DNA from: an uncultured virus (IMG/VR IMGVR_UViG_3300009104_000011)
Taxonomy: Duplodnaviria; Heunggongvirae; Uroviricota; Caudoviricetes
Length of the DNA stretch: 64,000 nucleotides
Virus record (IMG/VR): IMGVR_UViG_3300009104_000011
Reading direction: 5' to 3' (one strand)
In this document: piece after piece, positions 1 to 10,443 of the stretch
Layout of the letters: each line of letters opens with the position of its first letter
Position numbering within the stretch: position 1 is the stretch's first letter
The notes under the pieces: model-generated
Told to the model about the DNA's origin: nothing
What the model saw: only the letters and a program-made list of their open reading frames with translations
The model's database searches: none
Made by a program: the position numbers and the translations under genes

Positions 1-454
1 GATGGCTTAACCGGCCACACGGGTGCATATTTGAAAGCACATCGAGGTAGAACGTATTGGAGGTCTGCAAGCCTCTGCAAAAATGTCGCGAAGGCGACAC
101 CCATAGGCTGATCCAGCCATATCCATAGAGAATAGATTACAACCCGGAAAGACGGGTACTAGATGGAAGTGTTGTGGCGATAGGTGGTCCCTAGAACTAT
201 ACGATACGGAAGTCAACCGGCGGGACACAGGGTAAATTGGTCATTGACAGTGGCCTACTCTGTAGAGCGAACCGCTTCGGTTGGTAACACGGATGTTCCT
301 AGCGGAGCATCTGGTGTGGAGAACTCTTGTCCAAGAAGGCGAATATTGTTTACCAAACATAAACATTGAACTAGCCGACCATGGATACTAAGTTACAGTG
401 GTAGCGCCCGCAAAGCGCTATCAACCTTACGAGGCCCGCCAACCGCCGGTACTA
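1..454 (+). ncRNA. Structured non-coding RNA unit(s), may begin before the window
   Basis: No credible ORF; dense GC-rich hairpins with GNRA/UUCG loops (gtcgcgaaggcgac, accgcttcggttggt); long-range stem accggcgg/ccgccggt closing just before ACTA|G at 451-455. Confidence 0.55.
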
Positions 455-629
455 GAATTAGGTAGAAATGATTCCCTTTAGAGGGATGAAGTTTTATCCG
501 GAATCTTCGGATAACGCTTTTTGGTTCTGACCCCGTTTCGGGTGATGAATTAGATTGAGATAGGTCTACCAAACCTATCAGATTGAGGGGGCATTAGTTG
601 TAAAAAGACTAATGCCCTTAATTTTATTA
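455..629 (+). ncRNA. Small structured RNA unit with box D/C-like motif (CTGA...GTGATGA)
   Basis: Bounded by junction motifs; several hairpins (ttatccg/cggataa, gatagg/cctatc, gggcattagt/actaatgccc); ctga-ccc-cgtttc-ggg-tgatga at ~527-548. Confidence 0.45.
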
Positions 630-630
630 G

Positions 631-768
631 ATGGCAAAAACGAACATCAGCAGCATGGCACAGAGCATAATGGCTCTAAAGAAAGACGTGTATAAGAACA
701 AGCCCGTAGAATTTGCGGGCGGTCTTACACTAAACGTCTCCGTGCGGCAAGGAAATAAGGCAAAGTAA
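631..768 (+). CDS. Small basic hypothetical protein (45 aa, MAKTNISS...)
   Basis: ATG directly after ATTA|G junction; open frame read by hand. Confidence 0.55.
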   Translation: MAKTNISSMAQSIMALKKDVYKNKPVEFAGGLTLNVSVRQGNKAK

Positions 769-881
769 TGTGGAACAATAAGAAATGCCGGTGTAAACGA
801 ATACAATAGAATACAAAAGAATTCATTAGAATCGAATACACTAAAAGTGAAAAAGAGACCCACATATTAGGAGACAAAGAA

Positions 882-1961
882 ATGTTACAAGAAAATGATA
901 ACAAAGATGAAATTGAGGTGATGCGCGAGTTAATCGCAAAGCACCCAAAGGAAGCGAATACCTTCCTTTCACGCAAGAAGTTTTCGTTCAGGGGGAAGAA
1001 ATTCAACCTGGTCGATGTAAGCAAGGCCTTGACCTATATTGATGGGTTCAAGGATGCAATAGGAAAGCGCGGTCGAAAAGACAATCAACTAGTGAAGGCT
1101 CTACGGAGTCTAAGACTTGTTGAAGGTGGTTCGACCCCAATCTTTGTGGTTGAGGAAGGAGGACTTCCCCGCCACAGAGGAAGCAATGGTAAGAACATTA
1201 AGTTTGAACTATTCGTCCCTGACAGCAGGGTTCCTAACTGCTATGAACTAGCAAAAACTCTTGCAGCAGCACCACACTTGCTTAACGGCAAGTTCCTCGT
1301 ACGCTATTTTAGTTACGGAGGATTCGCTGCTAATCCAAGTCTAGTGATCGACTCGATGCAAATTTTAATGAGCAACGGGCTAATCGATCAAGCAGACTTT
1401 GATGCAGTTTTCAAAAACGTATATCCATTCAGACAGGCTGAGTGGGTTGAAGATGAATCATACAGAAATGATTGCATGGAAGGATTTATGGCATTTAGCG
1501 ATAAGCGTGTCCCCGGCTTCCCTAAGAAGGGAAAGAGGACCGAAAAAGACTTCGATTCTTGGTTTGCAACAAAGCCCCAACAACTCTTCGTAATGAGTTG
1601 GGAGGGCGATGTTCGTTCAAACGGGAAAACTTTCGGAGTAAACTTCTCTGTTGAGAAGTCACCGCTGAAGCCAGATGAGGACGGTAGGACTCGATATCAC
1701 GTGGGCAACAAGTCCCTCGGTGATGAGCCTATGAGATCCCAATTCATGCGTCTACCAAAGTGGAGCAATAAGCCTATCAAGCACAAGCGTGGGAGGCGGA
1801 GTAATGTCCGTCCCTTTGCTTTTGCAAAGATGGGTGCTGCACTAAGAAAGAGACTAAGTGAGGGTTCTGCTACTGAGCAGGACCTATCCAAGTCTTTGGA
1901 AGACAGGTATGGTTCCGACGTACTGGAACTGCTAAAGTCAGGCGAAACAATCACTTACTGA
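882..1961 (+). CDS. Hypothetical protein (359 aa)
   Basis: Long ORF, GGAG leader after junction motif. Confidence 0.8.
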   Translation: MLQENDNKDEIEVMRELIAKHPKEANTFLSRKKFSFRGKKFNLVDVSKALTYIDGFKDAIGKRGRKDNQLVKALRSLRLVEGGSTPIFVVEEGGLPRHRGSNGKNIKFELFVPDSRVPNCYELAKTLAAAPHLLNGKFLVRYFSYGGFAANPSLVIDSMQILMSNGLIDQADFDAVFKNVYPFRQAEWVEDESYRNDCMEGFMAFSDKRVPGFPKKGKRTEKDFDSWFATKPQQLFVMSWEGDVRSNGKTFGVNFSVEKSPLKPDEDGRTRYHVGNKSLGDEPMRSQFMRLPKWSNKPIKHKRGRRSNVRPFAFAKMGAALRKRLSEGSATEQDLSKSLEDRYGSDVLELLKSGETITY

Positions 1962-2107
1962 TTGGATCAATTGACTACATAAAGGGACGTAGGCTATAGT
2001 CTGCGTCCCCCATTAGATAAAGAAAGATTCAAAAGAGGCTCTCGGCGTATGCGATTAAACCCCGTATACACCGAGGGCCTCTATTTTTTTACTAGGTGAA
2101 ATAACTT

Positions 2108-2572
2108 ATGTCACATATGATGAAAGGAAAAACCAGTCTAACTGTTGAAAACAGTGACTGCATAGAAGAAGCGTTGAAGGAGGCTATGCCTCAAGCAACA
2201 ATTCTAAAGAACGAGATAGCACAGATTGCACGTAGACCTACGTGCGACTATGTTATCAGGCGAAGTGGACAATATGACATTGGTCTAAAAGCGAAAGAAG
2301 ATGGAACCTATGAGATCCTTGGATACAATCCAGGCTCAGGTGACCGATCGAAAATCGACAAGATCATGTCTCCAGTCTACACTGCCTACGTGAAAGGTGT
2401 AGTCAGAAAGGCTCTGAAAAAGAGCCCGCAGATGGCTGATATGAGGATGGAGGGTGAGGTAAAAGACACCCACATCGACATTAACGGAAAGAAAAAGAAG
2501 GTAAAGCACATCCGCCTAACTGGTGGATATGTTGGTGGATCCAGTGGATCGTCCAGCGGAGGCTGGGTTTGA
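2108..2572 (+). CDS. DUF1257 (Ycf35-like) family protein
   Basis: MSH..KT.L....CIEEALKE start and YDIGLK..DGTYEI motif; next to DUF2997-like gene and AAA ATPase. Confidence 0.7.
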   Translation: MSHMMKGKTSLTVENSDCIEEALKEAMPQATILKNEIAQIARRPTCDYVIRRSGQYDIGLKAKEDGTYEILGYNPGSGDRSKIDKIMSPVYTAYVKGVVRKALKKSPQMADMRMEGEVKDTHIDINGKKKKVKHIRLTGGYVGGSSGSSSGGWV

Positions 2573-2775
2573 TGGCAAAGCAAATTGATATCTATTTCGA
2601 CCCGGAGACGGGCGAGATGACGGTAAAGATTGATGGCCTACCAAACCAGCAATGTGCAGACCTCACAAAGATGCTTCAAAGCAGTCTAGGTATGGCCGAT
2701 GCAAAGGTCACCCAGACCGAAGAAGTCTTTGAGGGCGGCGGCGGAAGCCGCGGCGAATCTGTTCACAGAGGCTGA
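2569..2775 (+). CDS. DUF2997 family protein
   Basis: IDIYFDPETGEMTVKIDG....C.DLTK.LQ..LG pattern; usual partner of DUF1257. Confidence 0.7.
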   Translation: MMAKQIDIYFDPETGEMTVKIDGLPNQQCADLTKMLQSSLGMADAKVTQTEEVFEGGGGSRGESVHRG

Positions 2776-2812
2776 AAAGCCGCAAGTGGAAAGTAACCTT
2801 TCTTTCCTATTA

Positions 2813-3016
2813 GGAAGAGTAACACAAACCTTGCTTGATTTTGTAAAGGTGGTTTGATCGACCATCAAGAGAAAATTTAAGGGGTTATGTGCTTAAAGTG
2901 ATGGGTTTCACACCTCATCGCTTGCAGGCTTCTCTTGACGAATGAGAATAAGGTGCCCTTCCCACACCGGAGGGCGATGCAAAGAGAAATGCTAACTCTT
3001 TGCACGCCTTCCACCA
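2813..3016 (+). ncRNA. Structured RNA unit (~204 nt) with terminal stem and 3' ACCA
   Basis: 5' GGAAG pairs with 3' CTTCC followed by ACCA|G; internal stems tcaagagaa/ttctcttga, tgcaaagag/ctctttgca, gccctt/agggc. Confidence 0.65.
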
Positions 3017-5689
3017 GATAGACATTATGGAATAAGAAGTACTAGTGATATTTGATACCGAGGTATATAACCAATGACGTTATGTTACCATCTAGTGTCG
3101 AATAGTCCACTTTCTAATTGAATAAATTCAAAAGAAAGTGTAAACACAGTAAACACACGAGATGAGAATTAGAAATGCACGGTTACCCTTACAGGGCAAC
3201 CTAAAACACAATTCACATCTAGTAAACACGCTCGTCAATCCTATGGATTGATCGACAACTCTAACACCAGATGGTAACATCGATAAAATATACTAATTTC
3301 CCTAGGCGCCCAGCCTAAGGGAGACTATGGCAACGGTAACCAAAGTGCTGACCAATTTAGCATACTGGATACCCATGGCCAGTGTTAAATTACGATGTTC
3401 TTTTTTGGTTCTATAAGGAGAGGTCCCAAGTAATACACGAGGGGCTCTTCGCGAACCAATAAAATCTGGTTAACAAAAATTTAGAATAAAACCCTGTGTC
3501 CAACAAGACCTGGGGTTGGAATGCATTAAATCGATAAAATAATACTAATCATTTGAATGAGTTCGTGGTGTTGTCCGACTACGTGTCCGACAACTAATCA
3601 CTTCTCAATATAAGCAAAATGAATTATCTTACCCTGGTAACATCAGGGAAGGTAGAAAACATTTGAAAGAACAAATAAGTTAGTTAAAACTGGGACGGAA
3701 CTCAGAAATTACGCTAAATAACACCATATTTATGATGAATATGTTTTGACAAGGCTGTGTGACAACAGTGCTCTAGACACATTAGAAATAAATAAACAAG
3801 GTCCAGTTGGTAAGTTCTCCCTTACCTCTTTTGAGGTAAGAGGAATAACAATCTCTACACAGTGGTGTGGAAGAATACTGGATACCGGTGATGGAAAGAA
3901 ATTGAAGTGGAAAATCTAGAGATGGTGGGTTACCGCCCACAACTCTCGGACGAACCCACATTCTTTACCACGGATAAACGTGGAAAAACCTGAACTGCAG
4001 ACGGTATACCCGGAAACATATGGTTTCTGAGATTATATAAACAAAACAAGAAAACAGTATGGTCAGCCCCTGGTAAAGGGTTAGATTATTCTGATAATGT
4101 AAATAATCTAAAACATAAGATTGCGGTCCTGAGGTGAGGAATTCGTAACCTATGCGGACCCTAATTAGCCACAAATACATTTGCAAAAAGACTTGGAAGA
4201 CACATCCCAAGTGACCCAGAGCATCTGGGAAAGTTGCAACAACTAACGAAATAAAATTTTACGTAACGTGCACGTAACGTGGAGCGGAAGATAAACTAAC
4301 ATCTAATGCCAGGTAAAAGACTTTGAACTTTAACTTGGAGGCGATGTCAGGAACGTCGACCTCCTCACACTGAGTGCGCAAAGATTTGCAAAAGAACATA
4401 CTAAGTTCTTATCTAAATTATACTTTAAAGAGAAAACAAAGAATTCTCTTACCGACGCGCGTCGTAGGTAAGAGCACCAAAAAACAAGAATACTTTGTAA
4501 AAGCATGTTGCTACATTATACACAGCAACAAATAAACCGTTTACCAACCTAGTAAAACTCCTCTAACGAGTTGAGACTAAGGAAACTTACACACTAATAG
4601 TAGAATTACCACACGTGACGAACGGTGGCTAACATTACTAGAGTGGACACACACACACTAAACAAAAACCTACAACTAACAAGGCTACAATATTAAGCCA
4701 AAGTAACCTGTCCAATATTAATGGAAAAAGAGTTACTAGTGTAGTTACTATGCGAGATAAAAAGACAACACAAAGGCAAATCGAACACAAACTCATAAAA
4801 AAGAGTGGACTGCGAGGCTGCCTAGACTTTTTGAACCAGGGTTACATTGCAAACGAAAACATTTAGTTTTTCGCCAGCAGTTACAAACTAATGGAGAACC
4901 AAAAGCACTCCAGAAGTGAAGAAGAGAAAAAGCAATGACAATGACGTCGACGAGAAGTCGAACAAAAAAGAGATACACTCTCAAAGATTTGCTAAGCACG
5001 CGGCACGGCCGCGGATACCATTGCTCTTCCCACTAAAACAAAACAAGAAAGTTTGACAGCAGGACGAAGTCGTCCTCCTCCTGGATACATACTATGTTTT
5101 CCGGGGACCCCTGAAATAGACTTTAGAAAAAACAACTAAAGAAAACAATCTTGCATGCCAGAAGAAGAGTGACTTACACGTCACAAAATTTCTGACATCA
5201 TATCAAAATTAATTGATTACATCATCTAATAGATGATTTACATCATACACATTGACATTGACAACTACAAAAAATGAAGACGGCTACCAAATAGAAAATG
5301 GTAGTCATGAAGACTTTCATTAAAGAAACTACAGTTATAGAAGAATGAATACATTGCCTGGTTAATTAAAGAAGAAAAAAGTAAAAAACACAGGTAGTAT
5401 GACAGCAGATTCGAGCCAATAAGGCTAGAACCATGAGAAGACCACCCATTTGGTGGTCTAATCTATATTTACCAAAAATAAAAAAATATGGAAGTGTAAG
5501 AGACATTGCACCTCCTTACGGGTAATGTAGAACTCGTGTAAACAAATTAGTGCGATACAAGACAGTAATCACTGATTAAATCACTGGCGATAGCAGAACG
5601 AACTACCCCTTAGATCTCTCTAATCGAGAGGTTTAGTAGGGAAGACTCGCGCGCTATCTTTAACCCCACTTCCCATAATGCTGTCACCA
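3017..5689 (+). ncRNA. Very large (~2.67 kb) structured RNA, K-turn family
   Basis: No + strand ORF of 60 aa or more; 5' GATAG-A-CATTATGG pairs with 3' CCATAATG-CTGTC followed by ACCA|G; K-turn at 3058-3079; dozens of hairpins joined by A-rich linkers. Confidence 0.7.
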
Positions 5690-5702
5690 GAGAGAGAAAA
5701 TT

Positions 5703-7430
5703 ATGAAAAATAATAACGAACTTGAAAAAGAATTAAGCATGATGAGTAGAGCAAGTCTACCGTGTCTGGCGGTTTCATCGCCAGAGACTAAGGAGATTGT
5801 AAAGGACATTGTCCAATACGCAGCAACAACTGGAAGCCATGGAGAAACCAATAAAGTACCTCGTGTACTAGTTTGGAGAGTCTCTAGTGGCTTTGAGGAG
5901 TACGCTGCGCACGTGGATGATGAAGACGGAGAAGAACACGTGATAGTCGATGGAATTAGTGAAATCGACTTGACGATGGCTGACATTAGACCCGTAATTG
6001 GGTCTGACGGAAGACCAGTAACTTACGCCGCAGCAGACGAATTCCCTGGAGCAAACGTACCGTTTGCTGTAGATTATATGACCAATTACGATACAAAAGA
6101 AGAAGGCAGAAATGTCATCTTCGTTTTGAGAGATTGGCAACGCTTTATTGATGCCAATGCAGAGCATGTCGATAGGCAACTCGCATTGTTTGAAAACATA
6201 CTTTTAGGGGGAAAGAAGATTATCGTCTTACTTTGCCCTTCAAGGTGGAATGGGGATAATATCCCCGTAGAACTTAACAGCCACATTAGGCTGATTAGGT
6301 ACGATCTACCTGACAAAGAAGACCGAATGGCCTTAATTGAACTGGAGAGACTTAACTTGACCATGGCGAGTGCTATGGGCAAGGACTTCGTTCAGGCTTT
6401 CAAGAACATCACTGAACCTGACATAGAATCCTACGCAGATGCATGCGCTGGGATGACTAGACAGCAAATTCAGGATACCCTAGTAATGTGCGCTGCAACG
6501 CACTTTAATTGGGACATAGATTTCATTCTCGATGAAAAGAGAAAGGCAGTTGAGCAAGCGGGTTTCACCCTGATTCGCCCATCTGCTGGTTTTGAGGTAA
6601 TTGGTGGACTCACGCCCCTAAAGCGCTGGGTCAAACTAATTTCTCGACGGTTCACAAATGCTGCGAAAGATTACGGTTTTATCCGTTTTATTCGTGGACT
6701 TCTAATGGCCGGTGTTCCCGGCTGTGGAAAGACGGCTGTCGCTAAGGCGATGGCTAACGAGATGAACATGAACATACTGATGGTTGAAGCACAGAACCTC
6801 AAAGGCTCACTTGTTGGTGAGTCTGAGGCAAAGGTGCACAGACTATTGGAGATTGCTAAGGCAGCGGCTCCGCTTATCGTCTTCGTTGATGAGGCAGAAA
6901 AGTTGCTTGGTAAGTCAGAGGGACTCCACGATGGAGGCGCTCATGACGCTGTCCTAGGACAGTTTCTAACATTCATGCAGGAAGATGACTCAGGAGTGTT
7001 CTTCGTCTTTACGGCGAATAACATGAATAAGTTCTCGCCGGAACTCGTGGACCGATTTGAAGGTCGATTCTTTATCGACCTGCCCGAACCCGAGGAGCGT
7101 GAGGAGATCATTAAGATTCACCTGCGACTTCGTAATCAAGATGTCAATCGATTTGACATCAACGAACTAGTCAAGAGGACTGCAAAGTTCTCTGGACGAA
7201 ACATCGAGGATGGTATCGAAGAAGCAATGACCGTGTCCTTTAGCGAGGACCGGCCACTTGAAATGCAAGATCTTGTCGAAGTCTTCAAGGTACTGGTTCC
7301 GACCAGTAAAACCAAGAAGGATGAGATTGAACACATGAGATCGTTCGTAGAGAACGGAACCATGCGGAAGGCTAATAACGTGGTTGTGAGGGATAAAACC
7401 CAAAAGCAATCCCGTGTACGGAACTTTTGA
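5703..7430 (+). CDS. Ycf46/SpoVK-like AAA+ ATPase
   Basis: Walker A GVPGCGKT, Walker B IVFVDEAEK, LVGESE pore loop, FTANN sensor, degenerate N-terminal AAA domain. Confidence 0.9.
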   Translation: MKNNNELEKELSMMSRASLPCLAVSSPETKEIVKDIVQYAATTGSHGETNKVPRVLVWRVSSGFEEYAAHVDDEDGEEHVIVDGISEIDLTMADIRPVIGSDGRPVTYAAADEFPGANVPFAVDYMTNYDTKEEGRNVIFVLRDWQRFIDANAEHVDRQLALFENILLGGKKIIVLLCPSRWNGDNIPVELNSHIRLIRYDLPDKEDRMALIELERLNLTMASAMGKDFVQAFKNITEPDIESYADACAGMTRQQIQDTLVMCAATHFNWDIDFILDEKRKAVEQAGFTLIRPSAGFEVIGGLTPLKRWVKLISRRFTNAAKDYGFIRFIRGLLMAGVPGCGKTAVAKAMANEMNMNILMVEAQNLKGSLVGESEAKVHRLLEIAKAAAPLIVFVDEAEKLLGKSEGLHDGGAHDAVLGQFLTFMQEDDSGVFFVFTANNMNKFSPELVDRFEGRFFIDLPEPEEREEIIKIHLRLRNQDVNRFDINELVKRTAKFSGRNIEDGIEEAMTVSFSEDRPLEMQDLVEVFKVLVPTSKTKKDEIEHMRSFVENGTMRKANNVVVRDKTQKQSRVRNF

Positions 7431-7467
7431 AAATTGACCTATAAACGGTCATATTAGAGGAGAAATT

Positions 7468-8115
7468 ATGGCAAAAGAATTTGTAAGAGAAGGACTAAAA
7501 TTTAATGGCAAGAACGATTGGTTTTACTTAACCGATTACTTTGCTGTCCTACATTATTACAGAAGTTTGAGAGAAGAGGAAGAAGACACTGCTTTTCCTC
7601 CTCTAATCCCAAAAAATGATTTCTCAGAAATACCCCAAGACGTCGCAGAAGAAGTTGATTACATAATTGACCATTTGTTAAAGGAGATTGAAACCCTAGG
7701 CTCTAATGCCGGGGATCCAATGACTCAGATAGCACATGGTGAGGTTAATATGATGGGCTTCATGATGCACGATCCGCTATTGAAAAAGGCGATTGGTAAT
7801 GTGGCAATTGAGATATTTATGAGAGATGCAAAAATTACTGAGGATGAAGCATATGAAAAAGCAAAAGCAGAACTGCCAGAATTTATGGCAGATTTTGAAG
7901 ACTTCCTAATGGAAGTTGCTAGTTACTCAATGAGAGAAATCTCAATGAAGGCGGCTAACCACGGTATCAGGATAACTGATGTCAGAGAACTGCTGCAACC
8001 TAAAGTGGCTAGAATAGGCTGGAAGGGTATTAAATTACACTTTGAACAGCCCAGCAAGTCTAGTAAATCTACAGATAAACCTGGTAGAGATACTAGAGAT
8101 ACTATGTTTGGATAA
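7468..8115 (+). CDS. Hypothetical protein
   Basis: 215 aa ORF, GAGGAG leader after junction. Confidence 0.8.
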   Translation: MAKEFVREGLKFNGKNDWFYLTDYFAVLHYYRSLREEEEDTAFPPLIPKNDFSEIPQDVAEEVDYIIDHLLKEIETLGSNAGDPMTQIAHGEVNMMGFMMHDPLLKKAIGNVAIEIFMRDAKITEDEAYEKAKAELPEFMADFEDFLMEVASYSMREISMKAANHGIRITDVRELLQPKVARIGWKGIKLHFEQPSKSSKSTDKPGRDTRDTMFG

Positions 8116-8141
8116 TACTACTCAGTATATTAGAGAGAACA

Positions 8142-8948
8142 ATGGATAAGAAATTAAATATTGAACTAACAAAAGAGGACCTTGAAACTCTTGCTATGAT
8201 GATTCAAGACGGAAAAGTCACCTTGGAGATGTCGCTTTCAGCGAAAGCGATAGAACCAAAGGAAGACCCCGCTCTAATCAAGAGGCAAGAAGAGGAAGAG
8301 GCTCAAAAGTTAAGAGAGAAAGAAGTAGCAGCATATCTATTGCTGCCGGAGAATAAGTTTTGGATAAACTGTTCTTGGAACGAGTGCATGACGCACATGA
8401 CAGGAACCCGAAAAAGGGAAGACGACATTATACTTAGAAAGGGAAAGACTACGGTCGCCTTTGATGAGTTGAACGGCAAAAGCAAGACTAGCCATAAGGC
8501 CGGAAAGCCTTTGGGTAAGAGACAGATGAAACTGGTGAAAGCCTTTAGATCGGAATACGGAGTCTCTGAGAAAGAGATGAAGCAGACCAAGTACATCTAT
8601 GAGAAGGCTGACTTTGACAGTCAAGTCTTTACTCACTTGAAAGAAGCCGTGAATGAAGCAAAGACAAACGGACACAATTCGCTTGTCTATGATAAACTCA
8701 GCGATGCTGAGACAACTTCTGAAAAAATCGGTTCAAAATGGATTAATGCCATAGTAAATAAAATCGTGGATACTCAGGGCAAGCCCCTAGAATTCGATGA
8801 TGAACTACTATACAAAGAGGCAGACATAGTCGTACGTGACTATGTTGCCAAACAACGAGCCGGTCCAAATAAGGACTACTTTATCTCAATTGGTGAAGGA
8901 GTCATATACATCCTAAGTGATGCATATGACGAAATCATCGAAGGCTGA
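8142..8948 (+). CDS. Hypothetical protein
   Basis: 268 aa ORF after junction motif. Confidence 0.8.
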   Translation: MDKKLNIELTKEDLETLAMMIQDGKVTLEMSLSAKAIEPKEDPALIKRQEEEEAQKLREKEVAAYLLLPENKFWINCSWNECMTHMTGTRKREDDIILRKGKTTVAFDELNGKSKTSHKAGKPLGKRQMKLVKAFRSEYGVSEKEMKQTKYIYEKADFDSQVFTHLKEAVNEAKTNGHNSLVYDKLSDAETTSEKIGSKWINAIVNKIVDTQGKPLEFDDELLYKEADIVVRDYVAKQRAGPNKDYFISIGEGVIYILSDAYDEIIEG

Positions 8949-8978
8949 GTGCTTATTGCGCTCTATTAGGAGAGAAAT

Positions 8979-9893
8979 ATGAATAAAAAAGTATTTTCGA
9001 TAGCGCCTAGTTTCGACTGTAAGTTGAAATGCGAGGGATGCTATTTAACCACCGGAGTAACTCAAGATATGAGAGATCTAGTAAGATCAGATTCATACTT
9101 TACAAGGGCTATAGAAAGTGCCTCACGCGAAGGATATACCGAGTTTGCAATAACTTGGAATCCTTTTCCTGGAGCATTTCAAAAGACCAAACAATATGTA
9201 CTATATGCCAAGTCATTAGGCATGGAAACCAGTGTGACAACTGTCATGCAGTGTCTCCATGAGATGGACGAGGTCTTCATTAAGAACTTAGACATATTGA
9301 CCATATCTGTAGACGATATGCGATTCCAAAGTATGTATGAATTTCAGCAGATGAAATACGCTGCATTTCATGCACTTGAGTTAAGGTTCCACAATAACAA
9401 TGAAGAGACTGGTTTTAGTGACCACATATTCTTTAGGAGCCAATTTCCACACTTACAGATTAATTACAATCTGCTGTGGACTCCCGGTGTATTTGAGTGG
9501 CTGTACGAAGATACAGACACATTTAGAGATGCAATTGGAGAAATCCAGTATCCTGATACGATACAGCATCTCATATACAAGCCTCTTTCGATTTACGAAA
9601 GTGAAGAGTGGTTCTGGACTAATTACCAGCGAGTCTTTACTGACTTCGACTGGGTTAATATTGCAGGTAATGGACAAAAGTACATTGGCGATATCGCATT
9701 AAATAATCTCATGGGAGTGAATAACTGCCCTGGTCAAGATTATCAAATGGTTGATGTCGATCCGATGGGCTTTGCCAGACGCTGCCCAGAAAATCCAGAT
9801 GCTTACGATGTCTCTGACATTGGAAAATTATCTGGATTACTCAGAAACGGCACACCGTGCCAGAATAATGCTTGTAACTGCATCACAGGATGA
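8979..9893 (+). CDS. Radical SAM protein
   Basis: CxxxCxxC (CKLKCEGC), LTISVD motif, C-terminal Cys cluster (SPASM/twitch-like). Confidence 0.8.
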   Translation: MNKKVFSIAPSFDCKLKCEGCYLTTGVTQDMRDLVRSDSYFTRAIESASREGYTEFAITWNPFPGAFQKTKQYVLYAKSLGMETSVTTVMQCLHEMDEVFIKNLDILTISVDDMRFQSMYEFQQMKYAAFHALELRFHNNNEETGFSDHIFFRSQFPHLQINYNLLWTPGVFEWLYEDTDTFRDAIGEIQYPDTIQHLIYKPLSIYESEEWFWTNYQRVFTDFDWVNIAGNGQKYIGDIALNNLMGVNNCPGQDYQMVDVDPMGFARRCPENPDAYDVSDIGKLSGLLRNGTPCQNNACNCITG

Positions 9894-9901
9894 TGCTATT
9901 A

Positions 9902-10051
9902 GGGAGAGAGGAGTACTGTACCAAGTTTGTTGGTTTCTTGTTATATTGTCTCTTTGTTCGGCCTAACACGCCGATTTTCATCACAGAGGATCGCTTAAGT
10001 GCTAACGTATACTTGCACAGATAGCCGTCCTCCGGTACTCCCTCCCCACTA
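9902..10051 (+). ncRNA. Structured RNA unit (~150 nt)
   Basis: Terminal stem gggag..ggagtac/gtactcc.ctccc followed by ACTA|G. Confidence 0.65.
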
Positions 10052-10086
10052 GATGAGGAGAGAAGAGACAATAAAAACCAATACTA

Positions 10087-10443
10087 GGGAGAGTTAAACT
10101 GAGACGCAAGTCTATGAAATGACGGCCATCCACTTCGATTACAGTAAGTAACGATTCCGGCTCATACTTGAGCCCGAACGACGCTTGGGTCATCCGACCA
10201 CTGCGCTTTACCGCGCTGACAAGCAGCACGCCAGTAATCGCACGCCCTGGGTTCCCCAGCGCTAACACCGGAGAGCCGTCTCAGACCCATACATCGGGAC
10301 CTTGATCCTTATCATCGGTCCCTTGTCCACGCACACGGCAACAGATTAGGCTCGGCGCCTAATCGAACCTCAATACACCGTGTACTGGCGGTGGCTCGCA
10401 TTCGCGATCCACATGGGCCTGAGAAACTTAGAAACTCCCACTA
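10087..10443 (+). ncRNA. K-turn family RNA
   Basis: GGGAG/CTCCC terminal stem + ACTA; CTGA-GAC-GCAA-GTC-TAT-GA at 10099-10117; many GC-rich hairpins. Confidence 0.7.

Noticed and set aside
3017..5689. rRNA or group I/II intron
   Set aside because: No universal rRNA segments, group II domain V or group I core recognised by eye, and it does not interrupt a gene; an Infernal search is needed to exclude fully
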